In this document: positions 40,801 to 55,800 of the stretch, piece after piece | Layout of the letters: each line of letters begins with the position of its first letter | Numbering within the stretch: the first letter of the stretch is position 1 | Origin: Balanoglossus misakiensis | Lineage: Eukaryota > Animalia > Hemichordata | Assembly (NCBI GenBank): GCA_040954595.2 | Contig: CM082588.2 | Location: forward strand, 3,432,513-3,496,512 | Length of the DNA: 64,000 bases | Direction of reading: 5' to 3' | Position numbers and translations under genes: made by a program | The notes under the pieces: model-generated | What the model was told of the DNA's origin: nothing | Database searches by the model: none | The model's input: the letters and a program-made list of their open reading frames with translations, nothing else

Positions 40801-43800
40801 TATCACAGAAATGCAAGATGTGAATGAAATTTTACATTACAAATTATTAAACTAAAGTTCTTAGAGTGCTAAGGATGCATATTTTCTGAAATATACAGAG
40901 TGCAGCTTTGCTTTGAGATTCAAGGAGTAGAAAGTAGGTCCATCAAAATGTTTATTTCTTCTAATTTAGCAGGCTAATTAATTTAATTAGTGAATCAACA
41001 TGCTATATCTGTTGTAATCAGAAAATCAATAAATAACTTGCATGCTTCCCTGAAGTGTTCAAAGGGACAGTCACCATCTTCTACGTGTTTATGACCATTT
41101 GCATCTAACAGTGTGGTACTGGTAAATTTGCCAGTCATATATCATTAAGTTTATTGTGTCAAATACCAAGTGCAAAATTGTGACTGGGCGCACCTCAATA
41201 GTATGTGCTGGTATGCCAGTCTTTTTGAAATTTTCATCTACTGTACACAAACTTTATAGCGTGTGCTTAAGATTCCTTCGTCTCCGGGCATACCTCTCAA
41301 CCCCCATACCGTGTGTGGTGTTGAGGAAAAATGACCCAGTATAATCATGTAGATGCCATCTCTGCTGTGCAACTGAAGCAGTTGTGAACACCATGTAATG
41401 ATCGTCAAGGACCTTTCTGCCTACATGTACGTTCACTTGTTGTGCTCTTGTCAGAGACTTTTGCTCTTCATGAAATTGACCAATCAGAACTTGTAACGTA
41501 GGTTTCAGGTGGTCTTCAATAGACATGACCAACTTTCATGTATGATAAATGTGCTATTATCCTGAACAGATCAGTGAGATACAGAACAACAATGTATACT
41601 AAATAGTTCAGTTAATTTTTAGAATTCCTCCATTAAACAAGAAGGGGTTTAGTTCTTAATGTGTCTAAACTTTGGTAAATCCTATTGTGGCAGATTTGAA
41701 TCTGAAATTTCCGGCTCTGTTGCTGGAATCAGTGAACCATCGTTGGACACCAGTTAGAATCCAAGATTTGAAGAGGCTAGTTTATGCAACAAAGCTTCTA
41801 AAAAAAACGTGTACCAGCATTCTTCGGATTCCTTCAGATAATGAAAGACACCTCAGAACCAACGCCAGTCTATTTCCCCCGACAATGTAGACACCTAGTT
41901 TCCATTCAAATCCTCGACTGAAACAAAAGAAGCGTTCTTTGTACTGGCCGGCAAAAATCGATAAGGAGGCCAGTTAAAGACCACTCCTTTATCAAAGGAC
42001 TGTGCTGTACACTCTTGTTGTTCGATTACATCTCCAGCCCCAACTCTAAAGATATTTATGGTAAAAGTCAGGGCGAGTATGTTTGTAAAATTTATGACCC
42101 GACTCGAAGACCGTCCTGAAGCTCTTAAAAGTCAGCTGCACACTAAAGAAAGCAATTAATTACAGAATTTGGTTAAAACATGAGGTTACGGGTATTATCT
42201 CGGTGAAGTGAGTATTCTGGAGTTTAGAGGGTTCAGCCAACCAGAAATGATCTATGTACGGATAAGGACCGTCATTCAAGTTTCACGAGTCCAGTGAGTG
42301 CAATGCTAGTACTTGGTTGAGAATCTTGCCTGTTGGAGTTCCAGGAAAGCGTCCCCCGTTTACCAGTTTCACAGTAGCTGAATACTGGGGGCATCATATC
42401 TGGGTTAGATGTGAAAATGTCAGATGGTTGTAAGCTGTGCCTTGTCATACGAGGTTCAGAGGTCAGGGCCTGCCCTTTCAACACCAGCGTTTGCCGGCTA
42501 AAGCTGTCCCGTTGAAAACAAGATACAGCCCTGGCTTGTGCCGTCCACTGGAGTGGTTCAAAGGTCGCGATAAGTACGTCCACACCATGGGTGTGGCGAC
42601 CGGGATCTCATTCAAGATTTGTCGTAAGCACAGAGCATTCATTGCCTTCGTGGCTCGGAGAGGTTTTATGTCAACTGCGGTAGAAATTGTCACTGTATGT
42701 GCACACAAATAGATCCCTTGCTCGGGGCTGTACCGGCTTTTGTCATGTGACTCACTAGGGACAGGCATCGCATGAAAGCTCAAACCTGCTGTGTATTGAG
42801 ATGTAAATTTAATCCGCTCTTCATCCCCTGAATAATCCTGCTCGGAATTAAAAACCACAAGAGAGAAATGCTTTTTTTTCAGCCCATGCATACACAACTT
42901 GTCAGTCACATCATTGCTTTTCCATACGGTGCATGTCACTGTTGGCTCAGTGTTATTAGCCTGTGAGGACACCTTTCCCCATTAAACTGAGAGAAATGGC
43001 AACAATAATTCTGACATGACTGTAGTACTTGACCGAGTTTGGAACCAAAATTCCCGGTGGTCTACTCGGAAACTGTAGTCGACTCATCCACCATAAAAAT
43101 AATCTTTATGATATGATAAAACTTTCTCCAAAGTTGTTCGCTTTCCGTGGGTGGTAGAGAACATCCGGTTGGATAGAGTTACAACAGTTGTATGGTGATC
43201 ATGCCTGTATCAGTTATAGCCATAATCGTACACTACACTAAACAACCTCAGCCAATTTTTAAACAGTACACCTGTGTGGTAAATATATGATGGGCTTTTG
43301 AACTTTGACCTTGTGCTTTTTCTCTGTGCAATTCAACGAGGCACTTCATTGCTTGTCTGTCGCGACCCGACAAGTCAGGTCACCAGTTGGCATGGCAACA
43401 GGCAAACAGCACTTGAAGGCTGTGGTCGGCATACACAAGTGCCATGATCATCAGACGGCGCAGAGTGTAAACTGATTTGTTACCAGTTGTCTTGTGTTTA
43501 TGTATGTCCATGTTGGCACTGTTTTGATCGCTGTACCACTGACAGTGAGATTGTAATACTGATGTCATCCTCCGAGAATGTTTTCAGACATCAAAGATTG
43601 TGATATTTGAACCCAAGCCAAATTTAGATGTGAATTCTTTAGCTTGAGGGCAGAAAAACGCTGTGTGCAAAATAACAGTAAAATTAGACACTGTCATAGT
43701 TACCCCTTACAGTGAGACTAATTTTAGCTTCCACTGTCTTGCTTAAAGCACTCCCATTGAATAACACTGGCAAGGTTCTTTTGGTTAGGTTCATTTGGAG

Positions 43801-46800
43801 GTAAATGGGGGAGGAAGGGTTGAGGGTCACTTTACTTTTGATCGAAGCCATACAAAATTTCTTTCTTGCATTCTTCAAATATGCAGGCCATAATGAGTCG
43901 GCTGGCAGCCCCGCTGAGAGACTTGCTTTATCATGAATTTTTATTTCATTTTCAATAATGAAAAGATCAAGTGCACAGATGTTTCTAGTTGGTAATTTTA
44001 ATTTCTGCCTGAAGGTCGCGTTTTGTGTGTGGGGGTCAGCTGATTGGCTGACCACCATATTGCCTGCTGGCTAGATGGTGCGAACTGCTGTGCGAGGGAT
44101 TTGCTCTCAGTGAGTAAACACGGCTTCCAAAGTATTCGGCTTGAGGAAAGATGTCAAAATGCGGTTGTAAAGGCTGTCGTGTCCCTGTGATACTGCGAAC
44201 GGTTCATGTAGACTCAGTCGGCCGTGGTGACCTCTGTGAAGACAACTAGCAAGTACACATGCGCCCTGTCGCCAGTTATTGTAAGGGAGGCATCTGCCTT
44301 GTTATGGATACTGTCTCCCTGATTCTCCTAGACCACTGCATATTTACTTGACCTGAACAGGAACAACAAACACACCCTTTGGAAAGGAAAACATCTGGAG
44401 TGGGCCTGGACATATGTCCTTTGTTTATGCATGTGTCCACACCATCAATGAGAGAACTGTTCAATGAATGGACAATGACCCTCATGTCTGATTTATCTAT
44501 TTGAGGGTTGAACGACTTGACCCTGAGAACGCCTCAATTTGTATTTCATCATTGTGCCAGCTTAGATCAATATCACACTGACTGCCAAGCTGAAGGAGGC
44601 CATCTGATATTAATTGATTGAATAGTGTGTGGGTGTTACAACTGGTGCTAGTGCTAAACCCCAGAAACAGAATTAGATGGAGTCTCTCCTTATGAGCCTT
44701 AACTGTAAAATTCTTAAGTCACAAGCACAGTTCTATCGATCTTGGGTGTAATATATAATCAGTAAACAGTATGTTTTGGTATTGGAAATAAAATGTACTG
44801 ACATTTAATTAATGTGGATCAGTCTTGCAATTTACTCTCACTCTATCCATGTAACCACCTGCCCGGAAACGATGTTTGTACTAGAGTCAGTGTTGGAAGC
44901 ATTGTCAGTAGGGGAAGGAAGAACTTAATGTGTGTTGTTTCCGGCATGTTGTGTGGCTTTCGCATAGCCAGACAACCGCTATACGCACATCATGCAGGCA
45001 ATCAATACTGTCTCTACAGAATCACTTTTTTCTTCAGTACGTATAGCCAAAAGCAGATGCTAGTTGTTCAATGTGACCGAACATCAATCTCAGGATGGCC
45101 CTCGGGGGAACTAGCTAAATGTGATAGGAGGCAACCCACCCAGTTGTAAACATTAAGTCAAATGCCTGTGATTTGGAAATTAAAAAGTTGCAGTCCACTG
45201 ACTTTGCTTCGTCTGAATTCTGGCGACTGAAAACATCTGCCAGTTGTTAATGCTCTCCATGTTTTTTATCACCTATCTCACTCCAACTGGATAGGCCCTG
45301 ACAATATAACCAATAAGATTCCACTTGCAATTCAAGAATGTACAATTCCTGCGGTGCCTCTGGTCGGATGGATTTCCCTCTCAAGTATTTTGTTTATTCG
45401 GTTCGGATTTCAACGCTGATTTTTTTTCGGAGTTTGTGTCACATGCAAGGCCTCGCCAGCTATTTCATTTTCCGAACAGCTGTTCTCAGCTGCCTGCACT
45501 TTAAAAGATTGAATTCTGACAATAACAATGTTCACGACAAATCTCTCCCCTATCAAAATATTTTTCTTCAGGAATCGTCTGACTTAGGGTTAGGGATTTT
45601 GGAGTTTTAACATGTCCCCCAACGGATCACTTAACAAATTAGCTGGATGCTATTAGTGTTGGGCTAAGCATGTTGTTTTAGTACGTCTATCTACATTACC
45701 TAGAACTAGTAGAAGCGCTTTATGTATTTTGACTTATACATTGTCAACAAACATTATAGGTACTACATACTATAAATTGAAAAAGAATACTTGATCTGGA
45801 CTGCAGCCATGGTTTGTTAAAGATTTATCTATCCAGGACATGCAGTGGTGATACTCTACAACAAAAAGCATTCCTTGAATAACTGCATGTAATACCCGAT
45901 AGTGCTATCATCAAAGTCCATCCGTAGACAGCAAAAAGTCACGATATAAGGCCATCACCCTTGGTAGAAAAAAGATTACAGTGCAATGAACTTGCATCCC
46001 ACAAAACTAGTTCTCACATCTCCACTTGTCTCGTTAATTAATTTGTTCATTTTACCCGTGATGAACATATTAATTAGTGAACACAGTATTGGAATAAAGT
46101 CGTGCAAAAAACAACAAAACACCAACGCAATGGGACAGAAATAGTGTTTGACCTCGTTACATGTATTATAAAGTCTGTCACAGCAGTTGGAAATGTTGAC
46201 TACCATCACTACCACCAACAATATAATAACATAATAATAGTGCTGAATCAGATGCAACAAATGGTGACCTAAATAAATTCATTAGCTTGCATTTTTTTGT
46301 TCGTGAAATGTCTCCATTCCCTTCTCCAGAGCACAGTAATCAGTTCATTGCTGTGTGTGTATATTTCAGACTGTCAATTGCTACATGTACATGTATGTTG
46401 CAATCTGTGTCCATTGCAGTGTGTGTGTATGTTTCAGGCTGTAAAGCTCTGTGTGTATGTTGCAGGCTGTTGGCCGATTTGTTGGCCAGGGTACATACAT
46501 GTAATCCCCATGTATGTGATTTATACAATACTCCATGAGTGATTACACGTATTCCAGGCTAGACTTGTGTTGTATTTTGATGTGTGGTGAGGGGAGAGAT
46601 ATGGTCGGGGAACAGTTCATTGGATAAACCGTAAATGTGAATGTAACGCAAAGTGATTCCACAAGAGATGACACTATGACAGTATTTGGAACTTTCCAGG
46701 TAATCTCACTCACTCGTGAAATCAAGATTGATAGTCATACAGAAATGTTAGATCTGTTTTTCGAGTGGAATTGCTCTAAAGGGTTTGCTTAGTCAGGCCA

Positions 46801-49800
46801 TAAAACAAAAGTCTGCTCAAACTGATTTTATAGTATGTCCAACTGAACCCAGGACAACTCGTAACTTTTATAGTAATAGTACATAAATGTCTTCATTGTA
46901 CCCTTGGCACTTCTTCATCAAATTTGCTATTTCAGAATGTACTCTCAGAAAATATTTGTCATGAAAATGCTTGCTTGCGCACTGTGAAATTGATTTTGGA
47001 GATTGTTGATAAGAAAACAGGGAATGGTTTTCTAATGCCGGAATTGACAAGATGAGTGAGTGTTTTGTTATTTGGTGTGGATATGAACCAGGCCAATTAA
47101 TCTTGCTGAAAAATGGAAAGATAACGAAGCAGAGATAAATGTGGAAATCTGATACACTGCAGCTGCTGGGCATAGATTTAAATTTTAATACCAGTGTCAT
47201 TAAAAACATTACAAGTACAGTCTAATGCAAGATTATTTGGTACATTTTATACGATAGGAAATTACTTTACATAGCTCTTCATTTTTGCTGGCCTCATTCC
47301 AGCTTGAAATGGACATAAGTTTGGAATCTGCTGCTCTCGATGAGAGTTTAGGTCAAATTTAGCATCTGTGTCACTGTAGGGATTTCATCCAACAGTTTCT
47401 AGTGATATACCAAAAAAGCATGCATAAGTCCCCTTTAATGTAAAATTAGGGCAGCTTAGCTATAGTATAATATATAAAATAGAATGTATATTATCTCATT
47501 TTGGCCAAATCCAGGGGCGATTGTTTGGTTAATGGACCTAGTAACAGTGATACCAAATAGTACATCCATCTTGTCATAATTAAAAATTTTCAAATGTAAA
47601 GGGTGTTGTATTTGCTTTGACAGAAAGTTGTGGATGTTTTGGATTTTTAGTCTGATCAGTCTGATAAATAAACATCGACTCATCCTTGGTTCAGCCCCCG
47701 CACATCTGACAGGCCGTTGACCCTGTTAATACAAAGCCAGCAGTGTGCTGCCTCTGTGGGTTTTATTTGCGTTATACTCCGCTGTTGACGTATTAAAGCA
47801 ATATTATTCATCTCCAGGTTGAATATTTTAGCCTGCAGTGCAGTTGAAATTATTTGAACTCATACATAGTTATAGAAATCATATGAATGCACAAATACCA
47901 AATTTTTAAATTTACACAGCTGTGAACTCCAATTCCACGCATTATTGACAGTAATATTCACAACAGCGCCTTGACGCCCACTGTTATTTTTATTTTGAAT
48001 ATGAATCAATATGCAAAATGCAACCTATAAATCAAGAACAGCAACTGTGTACATTGACTTTTCAATGAAATACAGCGTTTCCAAGCAAGCCAAAATCAAG
48101 AACTGTTTGTTGCCAGGCAACGAACAACCTCTAAACCATTATGGGGAAATGATGGTTATGAGTGTTATTCTTTTGTGGATGAAAAAAAATGATATTTACA
48201 GAAAATGACTGGTAGATGTTCATTTCACATGATTGTACCATACATCCATTATAACAATTACTAAACACTACCATGTGTACAAAATATTCTCTGTTTACCA
48301 TGGTAAAGGTCAAATATTTCCATCTTGAACTGAAGCCAAGAGAAACTGCATAAATCGGTCAACATCCAGTTATGACCTTGAAAGTCTAATGAAAATAAAA
48401 ATACAATGTAATTGTACAGTTGACATTATCATAAAAAAGGTCAAATGTGTTAGTTACTGGGATGAAGAAATTAACATAAAGATGTTTAATTTAAACTGGA
48501 CTGTTTAATTTGGAATTTGAGGGTTATCTGTTGGTGTTGACCCTCTGTGATATTATTGACTATAAAAATGAAATCTGAAGCTTGTTTACCCCATGCACTC
48601 ATAAAGTTTAGATGAAAAACAAATTAATCATGAATTCTTCAAATTGTTTGCAAATTTTTCAGAATTGATTCTCAAATCACTAACCAAACACAGAGTTAAC
48701 TTTAGTCTGTATTTGTGAATTAAAAAACATTGCCATATCGACTACAATCAATGCAGCATTGCCAAAACAGAATTCAATGTTTATTTTATCTTCTTTCCAT
48801 TTTGTTCCGACAGGATCTTGAATTCCATGGGGTGATGCGCTTCTTCTTCCAAGATGCCGGATCCCGAGTCTCCACCAAGTGTGTCCGGGTCAGCAGCACG
48901 GCGTCCACCCAAGATGTTGTGGAAACTCTGGTGGAGAAATTTCACCCGGACATGAAGATGTTGTCGGCGCCCAATTTTGCGCTTTATGAAGTCCACGTCA
49001 CTGGAGGTATGGCCTGATTTGTCCTGGTTGCTGTGAAGGTCCCAGTGTGTTTTGAGAGAGGCTGTCTTGCTGGTTAGCTGTTTGCCGAGCTAAATGCTAA
49101 ATGATTGCATGCATGTTGCCAGCATCTAGGCTGTCCTATCCTAGCCCCCTAGCCCTGTGCTATTATACACAACTTTAACTGCTCACTAAATGACGATCAA
49201 ATTTCTCTTGTGTATTTTACAGAAGAAAGAAAATTACGGGGAAGTGAGAGACCACTACTGGTACAGCTGAACTGGGGAAAAGACGACAGAGAAGGAAGAT
49301 TTTTACTGAAGAAAGAAACAGATGTTACACGGGTAAATATGCATTTAATATTATACTCTTCGGAAACAAATTTCTGAGTAATGAACATTTATTTATCGTT
49401 CTATGCCAAAAATCAACTGAGAGTTCCTCCCTGGGACCATTTGCCATGCAGATGTCAAACTTATACTGGGATTATATAAAAAAATATAAAAATGCATTCT
49501 TTTTATGCCATTACAGCTGAGTTATTTCGAAAATGAAGATTACATGCAGAATTTTAAGAAGAAGTCACCGAAGAAAGACAAGCGTGACAAGAGGAAAAAA
49601 GACAAAAAAGCAGACAAGAAGGTAAGAATTTGCCTCCAAATGCGGTGAGGATGGTGTCAGAGGTGTGAGAGCTGCACTGAACAATGTCAAATGATGGAAT
49701 TTCTTTTCCCGGAATGTCAACAGGAAAACGAGGAGAACATCGACGATGCGAACGCCAGCATGTCCGAGAAACTGTACTCGGCCGTACCAGACTCCAGCTT

Positions 49801-52800
49801 CACCCGGAGTATTTCAAATCCGGAAGCCGTGATGAGGAGGCGGCGGCAACTGAAGTTGGAACAGAGACTGGAACAGTTCAGTGGAAAAGATGGCCGCCCC
49901 GATTCAGGTAGGCTTGTGGTTGATCTTTCTGTGGGCTTGATATAGTGATGCTTGTAAGACTCTGTCCAAGATAACCATTTATGGGAATGTGTGTATACAT
50001 TTAAAGGCGAAACCAGAGCCTCTGGTTATGAAAATTGTATACTCAACTGAATTTGTGACCATTGTACATGAGAACAGGTGAGAAACTCTCATTATTATCT
50101 GTTGTAGGTGGGATGTTGAAAGTATATGGAGAAACTCTCTTCCCCGATGTGCCGTACAGAACCATCTTGGTGGGAGAGGAGGATGATGCTGAGTACATTG
50201 TGAAGGAGACACTCGTGAAGTACGGGAGAGACAACGACAATCCAGCTGAATATTGTCTTGTCAAGGTAACCATTCCACCCCCCTGTGGGTCTAATGAGCA
50301 ATGCAACCAACTGAAAATTATACCATAGCAGTTCTGTTTTTCTCAGAATAGCAGTAGTTTATTTGTTTCATTAAAGGAGCTGTGTCTTAATAACTCTGTG
50401 CTTTGATTGGTTGACAGGTTGTTGTACCACCTGGAGCTATCGCATCTGAGTATGTCGTGACAGGAGGATGGGGAAAAGAGACGATTCTGGATGATGATGA
50501 GAGACCATTGCCTCTCATTATAAGATATCCAAAAAGCAAAGGTGAGGACCAGAAGAAATCATGTAGTTTTTGTTCAGTTCCTTTTCTGGTGATTACTAAA
50601 ATGTACCAGTGCCCTCCTATGATGCACTATTTCTAAATACTTTGTATTTCTGACTCCCCCTGTCCTGTCGTTTGGCACAACAGGATCGCTGATGTTTCAG
50701 TTGAAGAGGAGACCGCCAGGCTACCAACCTCGCAAGAAGCGTCCCAAGAACAAAAAGACCAAACCTGGAGAGTTGGATGACAGCTGGGGAATGGTGCCAC
50801 AGGACAGATTGCCATTTTTGTTAGAACTGGCACCAGGTGAAACTCCAATTCTTAAAATTAATCTACCATATATACAGGTTTTATTTCCCGTTTTATGTTC
50901 CTTTTGTGTGAAGTAGAACTGTGTAGATGAGAGAATTCCTCGATTTACGTCGTGACACTGGCCTGAATTATATTTGGGACAAACAGATGGTTTATTTTGA
51001 TATGTGTATTTTTATTTCTGCCAGATGGATCCGAGATTCGTGATTACAGACCACAGGTTCATCGTGTCCAACCCAATATGACAGAGATTGGAAGTGAACG
51101 AAGCAGCAGTGGTCAGTTCTTACAGGTAAGTGGATGAACAGAATTCCAATGTAAATGTGTAGTGAAAATTATATTGCGGAAATGTTCCTAATTAAAACCA
51201 CACCCAGATAAATAGCCCCAATCTGACTTCAATAACTTGTATAAGAATATTTTTGCAACATTTAGTTCACAACAACTTGTGTGTTATTTATGGCCATGCA
51301 AACTCCACATGCCAACAGGATATTGACACCGTAGTGCCAATTATTTTATTCTAATTTAAATTACAACCTGTAATTGGAGGTATGCATTAAGTTTTGTGTG
51401 TTGTCAATGACCTTTGAACTCACTGACACTACCTGCCATTCCATTTTCAGTTGTTCGCACCCACCATCCACCCTCGCCACTGTGTCATCACCAACATGGA
51501 CGGCGCCGTCACGGTAACCCCATCCAACCCGGATGCAGAGACGTACATCAACAATCAACGGGTGTATGAGACGGCACTTCTGCATGACGGAGTCATCTTG
51601 AGATTTGGAAAAATGCACACTTACCGATTTTGTGACCCGGTAAGAGAGAATGGCGAAATCCTATTTGGAATTCTATAAAGTTTTGTGTGATGTGATTGCT
51701 GTGTGTATATGCATCATGTGTTATGTCAACTCTACGCCCACGATTACTCTCCTTTCACAAGTGCTTATATTGAAAATTAGTGTAGGGGGATTTATTGCTG
51801 TGTGTTGCCTGATTGTGTTAAAGTGCACTGCACATTTAAAAAAAAAATATTTTACCAGTAGTTTTTTTGTGTGAGTGTCATTTTCTCCTTAATATGTATG
51901 AGATGCTGCCTTGTCAACCTTCCCTACCCCTTCCTCCGTTCCCTTCTCCGACCGACCAGGCAGATCTTCCTTCAGTTGCAGTCAGTTCTAATGCACGGTG
52001 CTTTTGTTTTCGAAAGCAGGCCAGACGCGGCAGGGAAATGGCCGAAGCCGGCGTCAACTACGAGACCACGTTTGATGTGGACGGCCATATTGAGACGGTG
52101 TCCAGTCCACCGCCCCACCTTAAGGTGCTGAACCACCTAGCCTCGTCACGTAGAATAGTTTGACTGCGTTGGTTTTGTCGTCTTGTGTTGTGTGTACTCT
52201 GAACTGCCTCTCATAATCAGCGTGACTGTCATCTGCCTTCGCAATTGTCCTATTTAGCAAAACTTGCCCCTGTGCGAGATTTGTACTGTTTGCTGTCAGC
52301 AGAGACTTATGCATGCATGCTGCATTACCCACCCCTCCACCCCCATTTTCCCCGGTAGAATGGTATCACCTACCTCAGACAACAGTGTTCCAATGTTACG
52401 GTAGTATGCACCTCAATGGGTAAAATGGGGAATGTGGGGGCAATAAGAGGTTTAGTGTCTGTGTGAAAAGTCAACACCAATCATGCACTATCATTCATGT
52501 TTTAAAAAGAGTAATTCCAGTTAAACTTGACAAATTTCCAAATTCATTTTCACCCATTCTGCCTGTAAAACGTCAAAACTACAGACATTTTTACAATTCA
52601 CCAAACCTCACGAGTGCAAAAAACTAACCTGTGTTGGCCTTTTCTGCAGGAATTTTTGTTTTTTGCCCAATTAACCCTACCCCACACCACAAAATGGTTC
52701 AGGCCAAATGTTTTCTGTAGCGTGATTGGACCCACACACAAGTAAATGGGTTGATATGATGTAATCTTATCAGAAACCGGAGGTTTCTCTACGATCTATG

Positions 52801-55800
52801 CTCCTAAATAACAATTGAGGTTTTGCAGTGGTGGTGTGTTTGAAATCTTCCACTAATCTTTCTTTTTATCTGTACACTGCACTGCTGTACAGTTGTTTTT
52901 CATGTCTGCTGAGTAAATTCTCAAGCATCGACTGGGTCAAAGTTCATAGTTCAAATGTGATATGTCAGACTACAGCCAAATATTTTCAGCTTGAATCAAC
53001 AACGACTGTTAAACTAACAAAACAAAGTTTTAATTCTCAGCTTGGCCTCACAGTCATTTTGTTGGTTTCAGAGAGCACACTACTTTTGTGTCTCAATATT
53101 TTTTTTCTTTCCTTTTAACTATCTTCTTTTATAGCAGCTTGTGTTGTCCGTTGCTGCAGTTGTTACATTCTGCGCGTTATTAGTTATAAACAGCTCAGCA
53201 TAGTTGCAGTATTTATTTCTGCATTGTAGTAGATTTTGCAAAACAAAGCATGAGACGTTGTTTATTTGTGTACAACTGTAAATGTACTTGCTTTGTAAAT
53301 ATGTGTTGGAATCTGTTGGATGTTGATGTTTTTTTTTGTTCAGTTTTCACATCAGAAGTATGAACAGTTCCCAACTATCACCTTATTTATTTAATTTCTA
53401 ACGTACTGTTTTCAGGTTTACATTATATTGCATATTATTTATGCAAGTACACATATATATACCCAATTCAAAATGTTGATTCAACCCCATTGGCTTTATG
53501 ACTTGGTTTGCCTATGGTTTTTACATGTTTGAGGGCGTTTCCAGTTTGAACTATCATGACCCTGTTAAGCTGAGCAGCATGTTGATGGCACAAACTTCAT
53601 TTCCTGAAAACCAAAAAAAATACTATTTCTGTGTTGTTCCATATATCAAAGCTTATCATGCAAACTTCAACCATTCCCACTTCAGTTAAAGTTTCAACTG
53701 TCAATAGTGTCATGTGGGTTAAAAGTCCATTTCACTACAAAGACCAAAGCATTTTGCACTTTGACCACAGTATGTTTTTACTGAAAAAATTAATTTGTCT
53801 GTTATTAATCAAACTTTTGTTTTCATTTCCAGGAACAGAAAGGAAGATTTGATGACATCTTGCCAGCAACGCTGGAGTTTAAAGAAACAGGTATTTGTCC
53901 GAATAGTCAAATTTGAATGTTTCAATTTTGTCGTTGAGTGTTCCAGACTTGTAATGGTTTATGAAGTGCGCCATCAGTGTCGTGAAAAGTTGAGATGAGA
54001 GAAAAATGATGTGGATATTTGTTGAAATATTCTGCATTGAAATGAAAAATTGTGAAAAATTGTTGCCAAACGTAGTTTTGAGTATAGAAGTGATTGTTCA
54101 ATATTAGAAATATAGATTGATTGATGCTGTGACTCGTTTCTTCCTGCTTTCCTTAGGAGAAGATGCCTTCCTGGCGGCCATAATCAGCGAGGTGAACGGC
54201 GCAGCTGTCCACTTCAAACTGGCACCCACATACTGTCTGTACTTGGCCAATCGGTACCGCCAGTCCAGACTGTACCGGCCGGAAATGAGCCCCACTGAGC
54301 GTGCCCAGCGCATGATGGCGCTTACAAACAAGATGGCTCACATGATTGAGAGAACAGTCAAGGTAAACTGATAATAACTGGCCCATGTTAGATATAGAAG
54401 AGTCTTGTTTGGTTCTGAAAAGTGCAGGATAATTGTATTGTAAAAAAATCTCCCTAAGACCACTGTTGGAACACTGTTACATGAAAAGCGTTTGTGGTGA
54501 AGTAAGTACGGATTTTGAAGTTTGTTATGTGTTTTTGCAGGAGAACCGTGATGTTGCTGGTGCCTTGTCATTCTGGATGGCCAACGCGTCTGAGTTCTTA
54601 CACTTCCTGAAGCAAGATGTCGATCTGTGTCCGATCACACTGGACGCCCAGGATATCCTGGCTGCTGCTGTACAACAGGCGTTCCGGTAAGTCAAGCAAA
54701 ACTTTGGAGAACCCTGATTTTCAATATACAAACCCTGGAGTCTGTTGTCAGCTCTATACAGTTGAGTGTGGATTTCATTCATCACCAACTCCAATTTTAT
54801 CTTCAATCTTCTCTTTGCAGACACCTGGTGCTGTGCATGCAGCAGGAATTGGAGATTTCCATGCCAGCATTCTTGGATCCAAGCGACGAGGCAGACAATA
54901 CAGATCATGAGTCTGTCATAGGTATGCATCCCTATCATTTCATCTTATCTGTGTGTAATGCTGGATAAATACTGACAAGTACTGGTATTACTCAGATGGT
55001 GATACTCACACACACTGTTATTTTTGATATGTATAGCAAAACTACATCATGGATTTCTTATGATGAATTTCTCCATATCAGTGACTGAGTTTCTACACTG
55101 TCAAATAACAACTGAGTACTTCTATTTCCACAGACGATGATAGAAGTATGGACAGTCATCAGAGCTGGAGAAGCAGGGACCAGAAGATGTCTGGTCGTTG
55201 GTTGTCCCCGGCAGCCAGGACCAAGTATGGCGGACGGCCAACATTAGGTGACGTGCTGCATACCTGCTCGTCCACCATGACCCTGCTGCGCCGTTGCCGC
55301 GTCAACGCCGCGCTCACCATCCAGCTCTTCTCCCAGCTCTTCCACTTCGTCAACATGTGGCTCTTCAACAAGCTGGTGTTGGAGCCACGACGGGGACTGT
55401 GCACACAGGAGTGGGGCGCACGGCTGAAGTTCCGTCTGTCCGCCATCGAGTCGTGGGCTGAGAAGCAGGGGCTGGAGCTGGCTGCAGATTGCCACCTGTC
55501 GAGGATTATACAGGTATTGAGTCACAGTGTTCTTCCCAGAATTTCTGATACAGTATTGGCTAATTTGCATAATACTATAATAAATTGTTATGATAATGAG
55601 TAGGTGATTTATATCTGTTCTAGTCATCCTGTCATAAGTGGACATACTTTCCGTGTTTGCTGTGGATGAATTATCTAAATAAAAAAAATAGTTTTCCCCA
55701 AATTAAATTGCGTTTTTGTACTGTGTTTCAGGCCGCTCACTTACTGCCCAGTGTTCTTCCCAGAAATTTCTGATGCAGTATCAGCTTATTTGCATAACAC

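Noticed and set aside
42272-44058. ORFs of 100-165 aa in afadin intron 1
   Set aside because: No transposase, reverse transcriptase or other domain recognisable
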